Positions 10,729-21,930 of a stretch of 64,000 nucleotides of DNA are shown here, piece after piece. Made by a program: the position numbers and the translations under genes. Location of the stretch: positions 200,324,001 through 200,388,000 of the forward strand of contig NC_086097.1 of the NCBI RefSeq assembly GCF_963921235.1, in the 5' to 3' direction. The DNA is from Mobula hypostoma. Taxonomy: Eukaryota. Position 1 is the first letter of the stretch. Each line of letters starts with the position of its first letter. Under the pieces are notes generated by a model. That model searched no databases and was not told the DNA's origin. It saw nothing but the letters and a program-made list of their open reading frames with translations.

Positions 10729-13376
10729 ATCGATATGGGTAGAGCTGCGTAACACTAAAGGGCAGAAGACGCTGGTGGGAGTTGTGTACAGGCCACCTAA
10801 CAGTAGTAGTGAGGTCGGAGATGGTATTAAACAGGAAATTAGAAATGTGTGCAATAAAGGAACAGCAGTTATAATGGGTGACTTCAATCTACATGTAGAC
10901 TGGGTGAACCAAATTGGTAAAGGTGCTGAGGAAGAGGATTTCTTGGAATGTATGCGGGATGGTTTTTTGAACCAACATGTCGAGGAACCGACTAGAGAGC
11001 AGGCTATTCTGGACTGGGTTTTGAGCAATGAGGAAGGGTTAATTAGCGATCTTGTCGTGAGAGGCCCCTTGGGTAAGAGTGACCATAATATGGTGGAATT
11101 CTTCATTAAGATGGAGAGTGACATAGTTAATTCAGAAACAAAGGTTCTGAACTTAAAGAGGGGTAACTTTGAAGGTATGAGTCGTGAATTAGCTAAGATA
11201 GACTGGCAAATGACACTTAAAGGATTGACGGTGGATATGCAATGGCAGGCATTTAAAGGTTGCATGGGTGAACTACAACAATTGTTCATCCCAGTTTGGC
11301 AAAAGAATAAATCAAGGAAGGTAGTGCACCCGTGGCTGACAAGAGAAATTAGGGATAGTATCAATTCCAAAGAAGTAGCATACAAATTAGCCAGAGAAAG
11401 TGGCTCACCTGAGGACTGGGAGAAATTCAGAGTTCAGCAGAGGAGGACAAAGGGCTTAATTAGGAAGGGGAAAAAAGATTATGAGAGAAAACTGGCAGAG
11501 AACATAAAAACGGACTGTAAAAGCTTTATAGATATGTAAAAAGGAAAAGACTGATAAAGACAAATGTAGGTCCCCTGCAAACAGAAACCGGTGAATTGAT
11601 TATGGGGAGCAAGGACATGGCAGACCAATTGAATAATTACTTTGGTTCTGTCTTCACTAAGGAGGACATAAATAATCTTCCAGAAATAGTAAGGGACAGA
11701 GGGTCCAGTGAGATGGAGGAACTGAGCGAAATACATGTTAGTAGGGAAGTGGTGTTAGGTAAATTGAAGGGATTGAAGGCAGATAAATCCCCAGGGCCAG
11801 ATGGTCTGCATCCCAGAGTGCTTAAGGAAGTAGCCCAAGAAATAGTGGATGCATTAGTGATAATTTTTCAAAACTCGTTAGATTCTGGACTAGTTCCTGA
11901 GGATTGGAGGGTGGCTAATGTAACCCCACTTTTTAAAAAAGGAGGGAGAGAGAAACCGGGGAATTATAGGCCGGTTAGCCTAACGTCAGTGGTGGGGAAA
12001 CAGCTGGAGTCAGTTATCAAGGATGTGATAACAGCACATTTGGAAAGCGGTGAAATGATCGGACAAAGTCAGCATGGATTTGTGAAAGGAAAATCATGTC
12101 TGACGAATCTCATAGAATTTTTTGAGGATGTAACTAGTAGAGTGGATAGGGGAGAACCAGTGGATGTGGTATATTTGGATTTTCAAAAGGCTTTTGACAA
12201 GGTCCCACACAGGAGATTAGTGTGCAAACTTAAAGCACACGGTATTGGGGGTAAGGTATTGGTGTGGGTGGAGAATTGGTTAGCAGACAGGAAGCAAAGA
12301 GTGGGAATAAACGGGACCTTTTCAGAATGGCAGGCGGTGACTAGTGGGGTACCGCAAGGCTCAGTGCTGGGACCCCAGTTGTTTACAATATATATTAATG
12401 ACTTGGATGAGGGAATTAAATGCAGCATCTCCAAGTTTGCGGATGACATGAAGCTGGGTGGCAGTGTTAGCAGTGAGGAGGATGCTAAGAGGATGCAGGG
12501 TGACTTGGATAGGTTGGGTGAGTGGGCAAATTCATGGCAGATGCAATTTAATGTGGATAAATGTGAAGTTATCCACTTTGGTGGCAAAAATAGGAAAACA
12601 GATTATTATCTGAATGGTGGCCGATTAGGAAAAGGGGAGGTGCAACGAGACCTGGGTGTCATTATACACCAGTCATTGAAAGTGGGCATGCAGGTACAGC
12701 AGGCAGTGAAAAAGGCGAACGGTATGCTGGCATTTATAGCGAGAGGATTCGAGTACAGGAGCAGGGAGGTACTACTGCAGTTGTACAAGGCCTTGGTGAG
12801 ACCACACCTGGAGTATTGTGTGCAGTTTTGGTCCCCTAATCTGAGGAAAGACATCTTTGCCATAGAGGGAGTACAAAGAAGGTTCACCAGATTGATTCCT
12901 GGGATGGCAGGTCTTTCATATGAAGAAAGACTGGATGAACTGGGCTTGTACTCGTTGGAATTTAGAAGATTGAGGGGGGATCTGATTGAAACGTATAAGA
13001 TCCTAAAGGGATTGGACAGGCTAGATGCGGGAAGATTGTTCCCGATGTTGGGGAGGTCCAGAACGAGGGGTCACAGTTTGAGGATAGAGGGGAAGCCTTT
13101 TAGGACCGAGATTAGGAAAAACTTCTTCACACAGAGAGTGGTGAATCTGTGGAATTCTCTGCCACAGCAAACTGTTGAGGCCAGTTCATTAGCTATGTTT
13201 AAAAGGAAGTTAGATATGGCCCTTGTGGCTACAGGTGTCAGGGGGTATGGAGGGAAGGCTGGGTTCTGAGTTGGATGATCAGCCATGATCATAATAAATG
13301 GCGGTGCAGGCTCGAAGGGCCGAATGGCCTACTCCTGCACCTATTTTCTATGTTTCTATGTTTCTATGTTTCTATG
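10729..13376 (+). mobile_element. Young 5'-truncated CR1 LINE (ORF2: partial AP endonuclease plus RT)
   Basis: VYRPP, MGDFN and SDH endonuclease motifs; PGPDG, YLDFQKAFDKV, GVPQGSVLGP and FADD RT motifs; one frameshift near 11525; (TTTCTATG)n tail. Confidence 0.97.
11596..13269 (+). CDS. CR1 ORF2 reverse transcriptase, open 557-aa frame
   Basis: Complete non-LTR RT motif set in the ORF track; continues the 10775-11539 frame across a frameshift. Confidence 0.9.
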   Translation: MIMGSKDMADQLNNYFGSVFTKEDINNLPEIVRDRGSSEMEELSEIHVSREVVLGKLKGLKADKSPGPDGLHPRVLKEVAQEIVDALVIIFQNSLDSGLVPEDWRVANVTPLFKKGGREKPGNYRPVSLTSVVGKQLESVIKDVITAHLESGEMIGQSQHGFVKGKSCLTNLIEFFEDVTSRVDRGEPVDVVYLDFQKAFDKVPHRRLVCKLKAHGIGGKVLVWVENWLADRKQRVGINGTFSEWQAVTSGVPQGSVLGPQLFTIYINDLDEGIKCSISKFADDMKLGGSVSSEEDAKRMQGDLDRLGEWANSWQMQFNVDKCEVIHFGGKNRKTDYYLNGGRLGKGEVQRDLGVIIHQSLKVGMQVQQAVKKANGMLAFIARGFEYRSREVLLQLYKALVRPHLEYCVQFWSPNLRKDIFAIEGVQRRFTRLIPGMAGLSYEERLDELGLYSLEFRRLRGDLIETYKILKGLDRLDAGRLFPMLGRSRTRGHSLRIEGKPFRTEIRKNFFTQRVVNLWNSLPQQTVEASSLAMFKRKLDMALVATGVRGYGGKAGF

Positions 13377-13969
13377 TCATCCCAGGGAGAGGAACAAAAT
13401 ATCAAATACAAAATCTTGGAACCTAATTTAGAGGCACAAGGTTGGAATATTTCTTAAAAAATCCCTGCAGTAACCAAAACCTTTTACCATACTTAATATC
13501 ATGTCTCACTCACAGACAGATTGCTTAGTGCAAGCTCGACGAACAACTTCTCTTATTCTGACTGGGTATCTCACAGCTTCCAGAGTCAACATTTCAATTC
13601 TACAATTTTAGATAATTATTCTGGGTATATTCCCTTCAGATTTCAAGTATTCATTTCTTTTTATTTTCTGTTGTGTAATAATTCTACATTGGCTCCTCTG
13701 CAGAGAACCTTTGATTCCTTACTATCACGCTTCTTACATGTCCATGCAGTCTCATTTGTTATTTAACTTTTCCTTTGCAGCTTCCTTCGAATTTCTTCCA
13801 TGCACCCTTTCCCCATCTTCTTCTACAACTTAAAACTTTACATATTATTACTTTCTGTTCTGATGCAGGGTCACTGATGGTAAATGGTAATTCTTGTTTC
13901 CCATTCCCAGATACAGCCTGAACATTTTCAGCATTTTCTGTTTGTATTACAGTGTCATTCAGCATATAC

Positions 13970-14151
13970 CCAAGATCCTGCCTTTTGGAGAATAAAAGCA
14001 GGATCCTAGGTGTGTGCTGCATGGCACTGTAATACTTAATCCAAGTAGAACCTCCACTAGCTAAAATAAAAGGCATCATCTGCAAACCTCTAAGAAAGTC
14101 CATCATTGTATGAAATCTGAGTCCATTGTTGTCCTTGGTAGTGAACTCCCC
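13970..14151 (-). CDS. Candidate exon GEFTTKDNNGLRFHTMMDFLRGLQMMPFILASGGSTWIKYYSAMQHTPRILLLFSKRQDL(G), HJR-like segment
   Basis: Acceptor ttatttgcaccaacag, donor GG|GTATAT; 182 nt, the only open frame; phase 0 to 2. TTKDNNG, ILASGGS and SKRQDL resemble POT1 TTKNQKG, LLIEGGT and SGHEDL (recalled). Confidence 0.65.
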
Positions 14152-14645
14152 CTGTTGGTGCAAATAAGGTTAGGACCTTCATGAAACACTATGTTAGCCT
14201 GTTTTCTTCAATTAGAACCTTCTTTTCATCATGTGTGTTGTGGTATTGCCTCTCTATATGCCCAATGGCCAATACAGCAACAGTATAGGCAATCAATATC
14301 TAAGGAGGTACAGTGATGTTTGACATCTCTATTGCCTATCTAGTGTCATTTGGATAACAGTATCAAATCAATACTCACAATATCCAAAGTTACATTATAC
14401 ATTATGCAAGTTGGAAGTTTCAATCGAATTATCAGTCATTTTACACCACAGATCAATGTGTTAACAAAATATGTGCTTACAATTCCAAGCCAAAGAATCT
14501 AATCAATTTAGTTCAGTTTTAAACAAAACCCAACTTTAATAAAGAATTCAGAATCGTTTCCAAGCTCATCCTTCAGAGTTGTATAGTAAGATTGATTGCC
14601 TCATCTCCATCTGTACGAAAGCCGCCATTTTTCAGTACAGCTTAC

Positions 14646-14790
14646 TTTCTTCCACTGATACTCTTTGCACTCAGGATTCAATCTCGTCAGTTTCTGAGAC
14701 AAGCATCAATTCAGTGTTAAAGAATTTTCTGGTCTTCTTAATACTGATAAAACTTTGTTTACATTTTCCTGGTGTTGTGATGGACACCGA
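14646..14790 (-). pseudogene. Candidate exon (F)RCPSQHQENVNKVLSVLRRPENSLTLN*CLSQKLTRLNPECKEYQWKK with in-frame TGA
   Basis: Donor AAA|GTAAGC; weak acceptor aaatttaag; phase 2 to 0; TGA at 14706-14708. An internal acceptor at 14693 would give a stop-free 48-nt exon, but in phase 0. Confidence 0.5.
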
Positions 14791-14889
14791 CTTAAATTTT
14801 AATTCCCATAGTAAGACAATTACATAAATCAGCCTATTACCATCTTTAAAATATAGCAAGACTTAAAGGGCTTATGTCTCAGCAAGATC

Positions 14890-15500
14890 TAGAAAAACTC
14901 ATCCATGCATTTATTTTTAGTAGACTTGATGACTGTAGTGGCGTTTTCATGGGTCTCTGTAAGAAATCCCTCAGACAGTTGCAGCTCATTCAGAATCCCG
15001 CTGCTAGAGTCCTCACTGAGACCTAGAAGTAGAACACATCACTCCCGTTCTCAGATCACTGCACTGGCTTCCTGTCCACCAGAGGATTGACTGTAAAATA
15101 TTACTACTGGTTTATAAAGCACTGAATTGTCTAGGGCCAAAATACCTATCCGAGCTCTTGCTGCATTATGAACCTTCCCAAGCTCTCAGGTCATCTGGGA
15201 CAGGTCTTCTTCTTGTTCTCAGGGTCAAAACTGAACATGGTGAAGCAGCTTTTAGTTACTATGCTCCACAAATCTGGAATAACCTTCCAGAGGATCTGAA
15301 GTCTGCCCCAACTTTAAGCTCTTTTAAATTGAGGCTTAAAATCTCATGCATTGTAACTTATATTTAGCATGTATATATTTTTGTGTGATTTTATTCTCTT
15401 CTATATTGTTTGAAATTTGATGTTTGATTTTTATATCTTGCTCTGTGTAAAACACATTGAATTGCCTTATGTTTGAAAGGTGCTATACAAATGAACTTGC
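14890..15500 (+). mobile_element. L2 LINE 3' fragment
   Basis: LQLIQNxAARVLT...HITPVLRSLHWLPV...IDCKILLLVYKALN; 3' end gaaaggtgctatacaaat. Confidence 0.85.
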
Positions 15501-15794
15501 ATACTTCAAGGTCTAATTGTTCCAACTTACAAAATTCATTTCGCTTAATTTTATTTAGATCACGAAGCAAACAGTCTATAAATAACATTATGTCAGGTGA
15601 TCCTAGACATTTATACATTTTACATTCTAATGACAGAATTTCACTCTGGCAAAGGAGTTATATGATGGATATTCACTGTCCTTGCTTTTTGGATAACTTT
15701 GCTTTCTAAATAGCAACTACTTCTTGCAAGATCATAAATAGATGCAAGTAAACCAAACTTTTGGATTGTTTAATTTCTGGGCCTAAATAGAAGT

Positions 15795-16750
15795 CACTTT
15801 TCAGTTCTTACAGTGTAAATGGAAAACAGTAATCAGCTTGAAGTTAAAAACAGCTTTGCAAACAAGCTCTGTATTTTGCAGACACTATGTCTATATAGAG
15901 GCAGATGCTAGTTACTACATCTGCTTTATTACTTCTCAATATGCAGTACAAGACAATGGGTTATTTAATTTGGGTTATTTCAAACAGACAAGCTGGCTCT
16001 TAAGTTGTTTAGTTCAAGGAAGTTTACAGAACAGATGGATAATATCATTTAGCATATCAAGAACTGTTGTGTTTATAGTTGTAAGGTTTATATGCTCAAG
16101 GAAGTTAGCTTTACAACATTTACAGAATTAATTGTGAACTGCAAACATTAAGCTGAAATTTATGTCTCGAAAATGCTTTTAGACCGTTTGTGTTAAAAAA
16201 AAATCTGACGAAATGTCATGTACTTGTGCAGTCACCCAAGTGGGAGAGAGATGCAGTTCAGGCTTATTAGGAATGGGGTAAGGAACATCAAGAAGAAACA
16301 TGAAAGAAACACCTGGTGAACTAGAATCCATTCCTCCAGCTTCAGTTTCAGCAATGACAACTTATTCATCTGCAACATAGGCATGACTTTTTAAGTTTAT
16401 AGGAATTATACCTGTGCTTTGGAAATCTTTATTACTTTGTCCTTTAAGTGCAAGAAATGCTTCATATTTAGGAAATTTTTTTGTGCATTGGGAGTGAATT
16501 GTGTTTTAGAAATGGTTTGTGGTTTGGAAATGTTTAAGATAGAAATCGTCCACAAGTTTTAAATGTATTTTGAGAGTGTTGTTTGGATTTAAATGTGTAC
16601 CACTTTAAGTAAATGAACTGTGTTTTAAACTACTTTGTTAGCTGAAAATATCTTCTCTTTGGTAAGGAGAAAGGACCTCATCACTCAAATAGTGGATATT
16701 GGCAGCTAAACTCATTGTCGCGCATAAACAGGAAGGTAAACTAGTTTTCA
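15795..16750 (+). repeat. Old unclassified interspersed repeat (LTR-like), copy 1
   Basis: Collinear similarity to the reverse complement of 45290-46130. Confidence 0.75.
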
Positions 16751-17940
16751 AACATTAATCTCCCTTTAGTGAGAGTACTCTTGGCTATTTATATCCAATA
16801 GAGTTTAAAGTCTTTGTCTGAGTTTAGAACTTTGGGGTCAGCAAATCCAATATCATTACAGATCATGCTATGATCACAGAGCTCCAATGATAACATTGTT
16901 TAAATCTTGATCTCAGATATCTGTGTAATCTCCTACGAGTTTCACCAAAATGCTCCAATTTCCTTTTTCTTTTCAAATCTTTTTATTGTTATATACAGGA
17001 AAAATAACATGAGTACATCGAAGTAACAACACTTACAATGCCTCAAAAAATACATTATCTTAAAGATTGAAAAAAAATTTTCCAATTTCCATTCATGTCC
17101 AAAAGACATACTGAGAGTTAAGTGATAACTGTAAGGTTCCCCTGGTAAGGTGGATGTTATGAGAATTAGGTGAGAGTTGGTGGGCATGTGAGAGAATGTA
17201 AGTCACAGTGAAATAATGGGAATTGGCACCGATGGGATTGCTCTGGTTAGCATAGGTTCTATTGGCAAAGTGGACTCCTAAATAATGAGATAATATGATA
17301 TAACTGGAAGATGATAACAATAAAAGAACCTTCTATGGTCTTGAAAGTAACCAATACTTTCTTATTGACTATTGTACCCAGATTCAGGAGCAGTACTGAA
17401 AGTTTCATTTTAAGGAACAATTTTTAAGGCAAGTTTTTTTAGTGTGTGGCTAGCTGTCCAATCAAATATGTAGCTGAATCATAACCAACATCATCTTGAA
17501 TCTACTTATTATAACCTTGATACAAAATTTTATTTCATTTTTACTGCAGCAAAACATCCCAAATTTATTCGTGGGAACATCATTAAACAAAGATTGACTT
17601 CAAGTTACCCAAGGTTATCACAAGTTAGGTGACAAACAAATTTCCATAAATTTAAGGCAGAAACTTTCGCAGAGTTTTCCTACATGATCTTTCTTTCATA
17701 AATCCAAGTTGACTCTGTCTAATATTATCCTTATTTTAAACACCATTTTATCACTTCTGGAATAATACATTTCAGCATTTCCTTCATTACTGGCATCAGC
17801 GTAACTGGTCTATGGTTTCCCTGTTTACCCTTTTCCTCTACTCCTAAATCATGGGGTTACATTAGCTGCTTTCAAAATTGAGGGACCTGTTTCAGAATCT
17901 ACTGAATTTTGAAAGATGTCAACCAGAATAGCTATTATCT

Positions 17941-18225
17941 ATCTGGGCCGGCTGGTGGCACAATGATATCGGCGCCAAACCCGGGAGCGGAGGTTCCCGG
18001 GTTCGAACCCAGTTGGGGCCGCTCCCGAGTACGCTTTCCATCTGTGCCGGTTTGAGTGTCAAGATCACAACTCGATCCCGTAAAATAAAGGGAAAAATAC
18101 TGTGAAAATGTCTGTGAGACGTGTGGCGTGTCACACAGTCTCTCTCTCTCGCTCCGCGCCTTGTAAAAAGCCATGAAAAAGACATCATCACGGACGCACA
18201 CACGCAGGCACACGCAAAAGAAAAA
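17941..18225 (+). mobile_element. Young tRNA-derived SINE
   Basis: Box A-like TGGCACAATG and box B GGTTCGAACCC; CpG-rich; A-rich tail; 16-bp TSD AGAATAGCTATTATCT (17925-17940 and 18226-18241). Confidence 0.9.
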
Positions 18226-19106
18226 AGAATAGCTATTATCTCTGATCTACCTTCTTCAACACAGATGATCAGGTCTTGGGGATTTATCATCTTTTTGTCC
18301 CAACAATTTCAGCCATATCTCTTTGTAAACTCATGCATCTTTTTTTGAGTTCCTCATTTACTCTAGACCTATTGTTCTCCACTATTTCCAAGAGAAACTT
18401 TACACCCTTTTCCACAAAATCAGACATAAAATAATTATTTAATTTCTGTGGCAGTGTATTGTAATAGTAATTTAGGCCTTCATTTAAAGTTAAAGGCAAT
18501 CTTTGTTCAATATCTGAACCATATTGCAATGGAATAATTGTATAATTAGTAGCTAGAAATCTTCGTGGCTAATTACCTATGTATAAATTATGTTAATTTA
18601 TGTTAATCTTTTGTTTATAATATACTGTGTTGTTGCTGCAAAAAAACTAATTTTCATGACATTTGTATCTTGTGTATGTTTTCCCATAACAATAAACTTG
18701 AACTTAAAGAAAACATTTCATTACTCACAAAATATTTAAGTAAAAACTCTGCAGTTGCAACAACTGAAAACATATGAATTTAGCCAATGAAAATGGAATG
18801 AAGTTGAGAAAATGATGAAAAAGATTGAACAAGTCAGAGTCTTAAAATACACAAATTTGTTGTGTCATGTTTTTGAAATATTAACAAGAGACCTTTGTTG
18901 TCAGCTGTAATAAGCAATAAAGAAGGCAAATTGTTCAGCAAAGTTGCTTGAACAGAGTAAACAAGATAAAAGCCTGCTGTGAGGGATACAGAATTATGGC
19001 CAAAATTATATGAAATACCAAAGAGGAACCAGTAAAGTGCAGTCAGTGAAAGGAAATCATCATCAAGGGAGCCAGTCAATCATCTGTCCAATCTACTGAA
19101 AGTAAC

Positions 19107-19310
19107 TACACACTTGTTTGAAAAACAAGAGAAAATCTGCAGATGCTGGAAATCCAAGCAACACACTCAAAATGCTGGAGGAACTCAGCAGACCAGGCAG
19201 CATCTATACAAAAGAGGGTTTCAGACCAAAACGTCGACTGTACTTTTTTGTACAGATGCTGCCTGGGCTACTGAGTTCCTCCAGCATTTTTGTGTGTTAC
19301 ACACTTGTTT
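19107..19310. mobile_element. Palindromic non-autonomous Penelope-derived element
   Basis: Two pLTR ends in inverted orientation; 13-bp TSD TACACACTTGTTT. Confidence 0.8.
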
Positions 19311-20289
19311 CAGATCATATTATACCATAACTATAAAATAATTATAAGAAGCAATTATAAAGTTGTTAGGTGAAAACATATTCATCAATATGGTTTTGCC
19401 ATCCTGTCTCTGTACTCTACTAGTAAGAAAATCCAGACAACGTTTTACATGAAACATAATCTTAAGTACATTTCTTGATTTAAAATCGATTATCCCCTTA
19501 GGTTATAAAATTATAGATGTCACTTAACTATTTTAGTAAATTGAGAATAGTTTGCCTAATATTTGAGTAAATATATTGTTTGATTAAGCATCCTCTGGTT
19601 GTTTACGTAATTCATTACGGGTTATATGTAAGAAGTATTTGAATGGCATATGTCACTATGCCACCATGTCATATGTGAGCGCCTCACTAAAGAGAAACTA
19701 CCTAGACATGTTATCCCCAGGCTCCTGGCTTTTCTTATGATTAGTTTCTGGAGTTACAAAACATAACATGGTTGGGAAATGGCTACCAACTAAAATTAAC
19801 GTGTAGGATATTAACACTTTGAGAAGATCAGCATAGATTTGTAAACAATACATTACTGCCTGAGGAAACTGAATTTTCCGAAAGTAATAACCAATGAGTA
19901 ATTACATTACATTATATTTATTGCTTGGACTTTCTCCTCAGCATTTCGCATAGTACCTTCCCTTAATAGACTACTTACTACAGTTAAGGATCATATAACA
20001 ATGACAAATTATTGACCAGGCTAGGAAATCAGGGAACAGAGTAAGAATTCTTGATAAGCATTCATTTTGGTAGCAAATGATTCCTTATGCTGAATCACTT
20101 ATAACCATAGTAATCAATCCATGTTGGTGTTGGGATCCACTACCATGGTTATAAATGATTTGGATAACTGTACAGAACACTAGTTTGCTAATGGCACAAA
20201 GGTTAAAAAACAGATGGAAGCATGGGCATGTTCTTCCTCAGTCTTGTTGGTGGAGGAATTTCTGAACATTTTGTTCAATGTAATACAGA

Positions 20290-20800
20290 ATAGAAACAGG
20301 TCTTTTATCGACCATGGTGCCCACCAAACTTGTCCCATGTGCCTGCATTTGGCCCATATCCCCTAAATACCTCCTATCAATGTAATTATCTAAATGCTTT
20401 TAAATACTGCAGATGTCGCTGCTGCAATCACTTCCTCTAGCAGATCATTCTATGTATGCACTAGCCCCTGCATGAAGAAGTTGCTCCTTAGGTCCCTGTT
20501 AAATCTTTCACATGTTACCTTAAACCAATGCCCTCAGTTTTTAGTACCCCAACCCTGGAGTAAAAAATACTACAAACATTCACCTTAGCTATAGCCCTTG
20601 ATCATTTTATACAACTGTAGAATGTTGCTCCATTGTCTTCTACATTCCAAGAAATAAAGTCCTAGTTTGCCTAACCTCCCCTGGTTACTCAGGCCCTCAA
20701 GTTTTGGAAGCATCCTCATAAATCTTCTCTGTAATATTTCCAATTTAGTAAAGTCTTTCCTATAACAGGAAACCGAAATGGTACACATTATTCCAAGTGT
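20290..20800 (-). mobile_element. Decayed CR1 3' fragment
   Basis: ORF 20585-20881 LQRRFMRMLPKLEGLS...LGLYFLE. Confidence 0.8.
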
Positions 20801-21530
20801 TATTTTTGCAGAACCAGTTAAATGCAAGGCATAATGTTCCCGAGCAGCAGACATATCAATCGAAGAATGCAAGCCACTCATAAAAGTAGCAGAAATGCAA
20901 CTGGAAATCCTAGGCCTTCTATTTCTTTACATAAAACTTTTCTCTATCTACTGTTGCTCAGTATTAACATTAGTATGCAAATTATATAACCTCTTGCAAA
21001 ATATTTATTTTGACGATTACTAGTGTAGCAACCAACTCCCATTCGTAACATTAATGTTTCAATGTTTTGTTTTGAAAATTCAAAGTTGAATGCTATTACC
21101 TACACGCAGCATCAATCTGAAGAATAATAATGACTTACATTAACTGTGCAGAAAGAGAAAGTCGCAACTAGGATTCCAGTTTGTAATCACATATCAATGC
21201 ATGTGGTCAACTACCTAATACTGCCAAGCACACCTGTGAATGAGATGTTATCATTTTTGCTGAAAGAAAAAAACTCTTTTGAAATTACAATATCTATCTG
21301 CAAAATTTAACAAAACCCCTTCTGTTAAGTAGATTAAAACTTAAACTCTTTTCAGCAATTGCATTTCTGCATAAAAGTATGGCCTTCAAGCAGCATCTCA
21401 AAATATTTCAACTTGATGCTAGGTGTAAAATTAACAGTCTGGATGAGCTACCATTACAAACATTGGCAAGCTATCTTCCCATATGAAAATGGGCTATCCC
21501 ACTGGAGCCTGACGGGGTTGGGTTTGAATC

Positions 21531-21694
21531 AGACTGCATGAACATTCAGATTTAACATTTGTGTCTCAGTTGGACTGATCATAGACTTTAGTCAATACCC
21601 ATTCCACTTAACCTCAAGTGGAATGGGTCAAGAATAAAGTCCATGATCAGTCCAACTCAGACTCAAACGTTCAATCAGAATGTTCATCCAGTCT
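21531..21694. repeat. Long imperfect palindrome (79-bp arms, 6-nt loop)
   Basis: Arms 21531-21609 and 21616-21694 are reverse complements at 68 of 79 positions, with no indels. Confidence 0.95.
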
Positions 21695-21842
21695 GCACAG
21701 AGCTTTCAAAATCTAGTTCGAAGGTTAGAATGCCCAAAACTCTTCAGTCTTAAAAGGTGAATTAAGGGTAATTTTACAGGTTCATCTGTAAAAAAAAACT
21801 GAATGACAAGAACAGATCGAGAAGACATGGATGTAGACTCAC

Positions 21843-21930
21843 AACCAGTCAGGTCCTGGATCAGCCCAGGAACTACGTATTGTACCTTCTTGCACATAGT
21901 TCTCACTCCAAAGTGTTTGCACACACTTAA
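21843..21930 (-). CDS. Candidate exon (V)KCVQTLWSENYVQEGTIRSSWADPGPDW
   Basis: Acceptor ttttgctttgag, consensus donor GTGAGT; 88 nt open; phase 1 to 2. YVQEGTIRS resembles POT1 YRIRAKLRS (recalled). Confidence 0.6.

Noticed and set aside
10714..13292. Minus-strand ORFs of 223, 134 and 93 aa
   Set aside because: Antisense shadows of CR1 ORF2.
18834..19079. 81-aa minus-strand ORF in unique-looking DNA
   Set aside because: Weak donor, no motif, and not needed for phase continuity.
21706..21785. Strong minus-strand acceptor (T-run plus ACAG) after the 21843 donor
   Set aside because: The implied intron is only 57 nt and the join gives an immediate stop.
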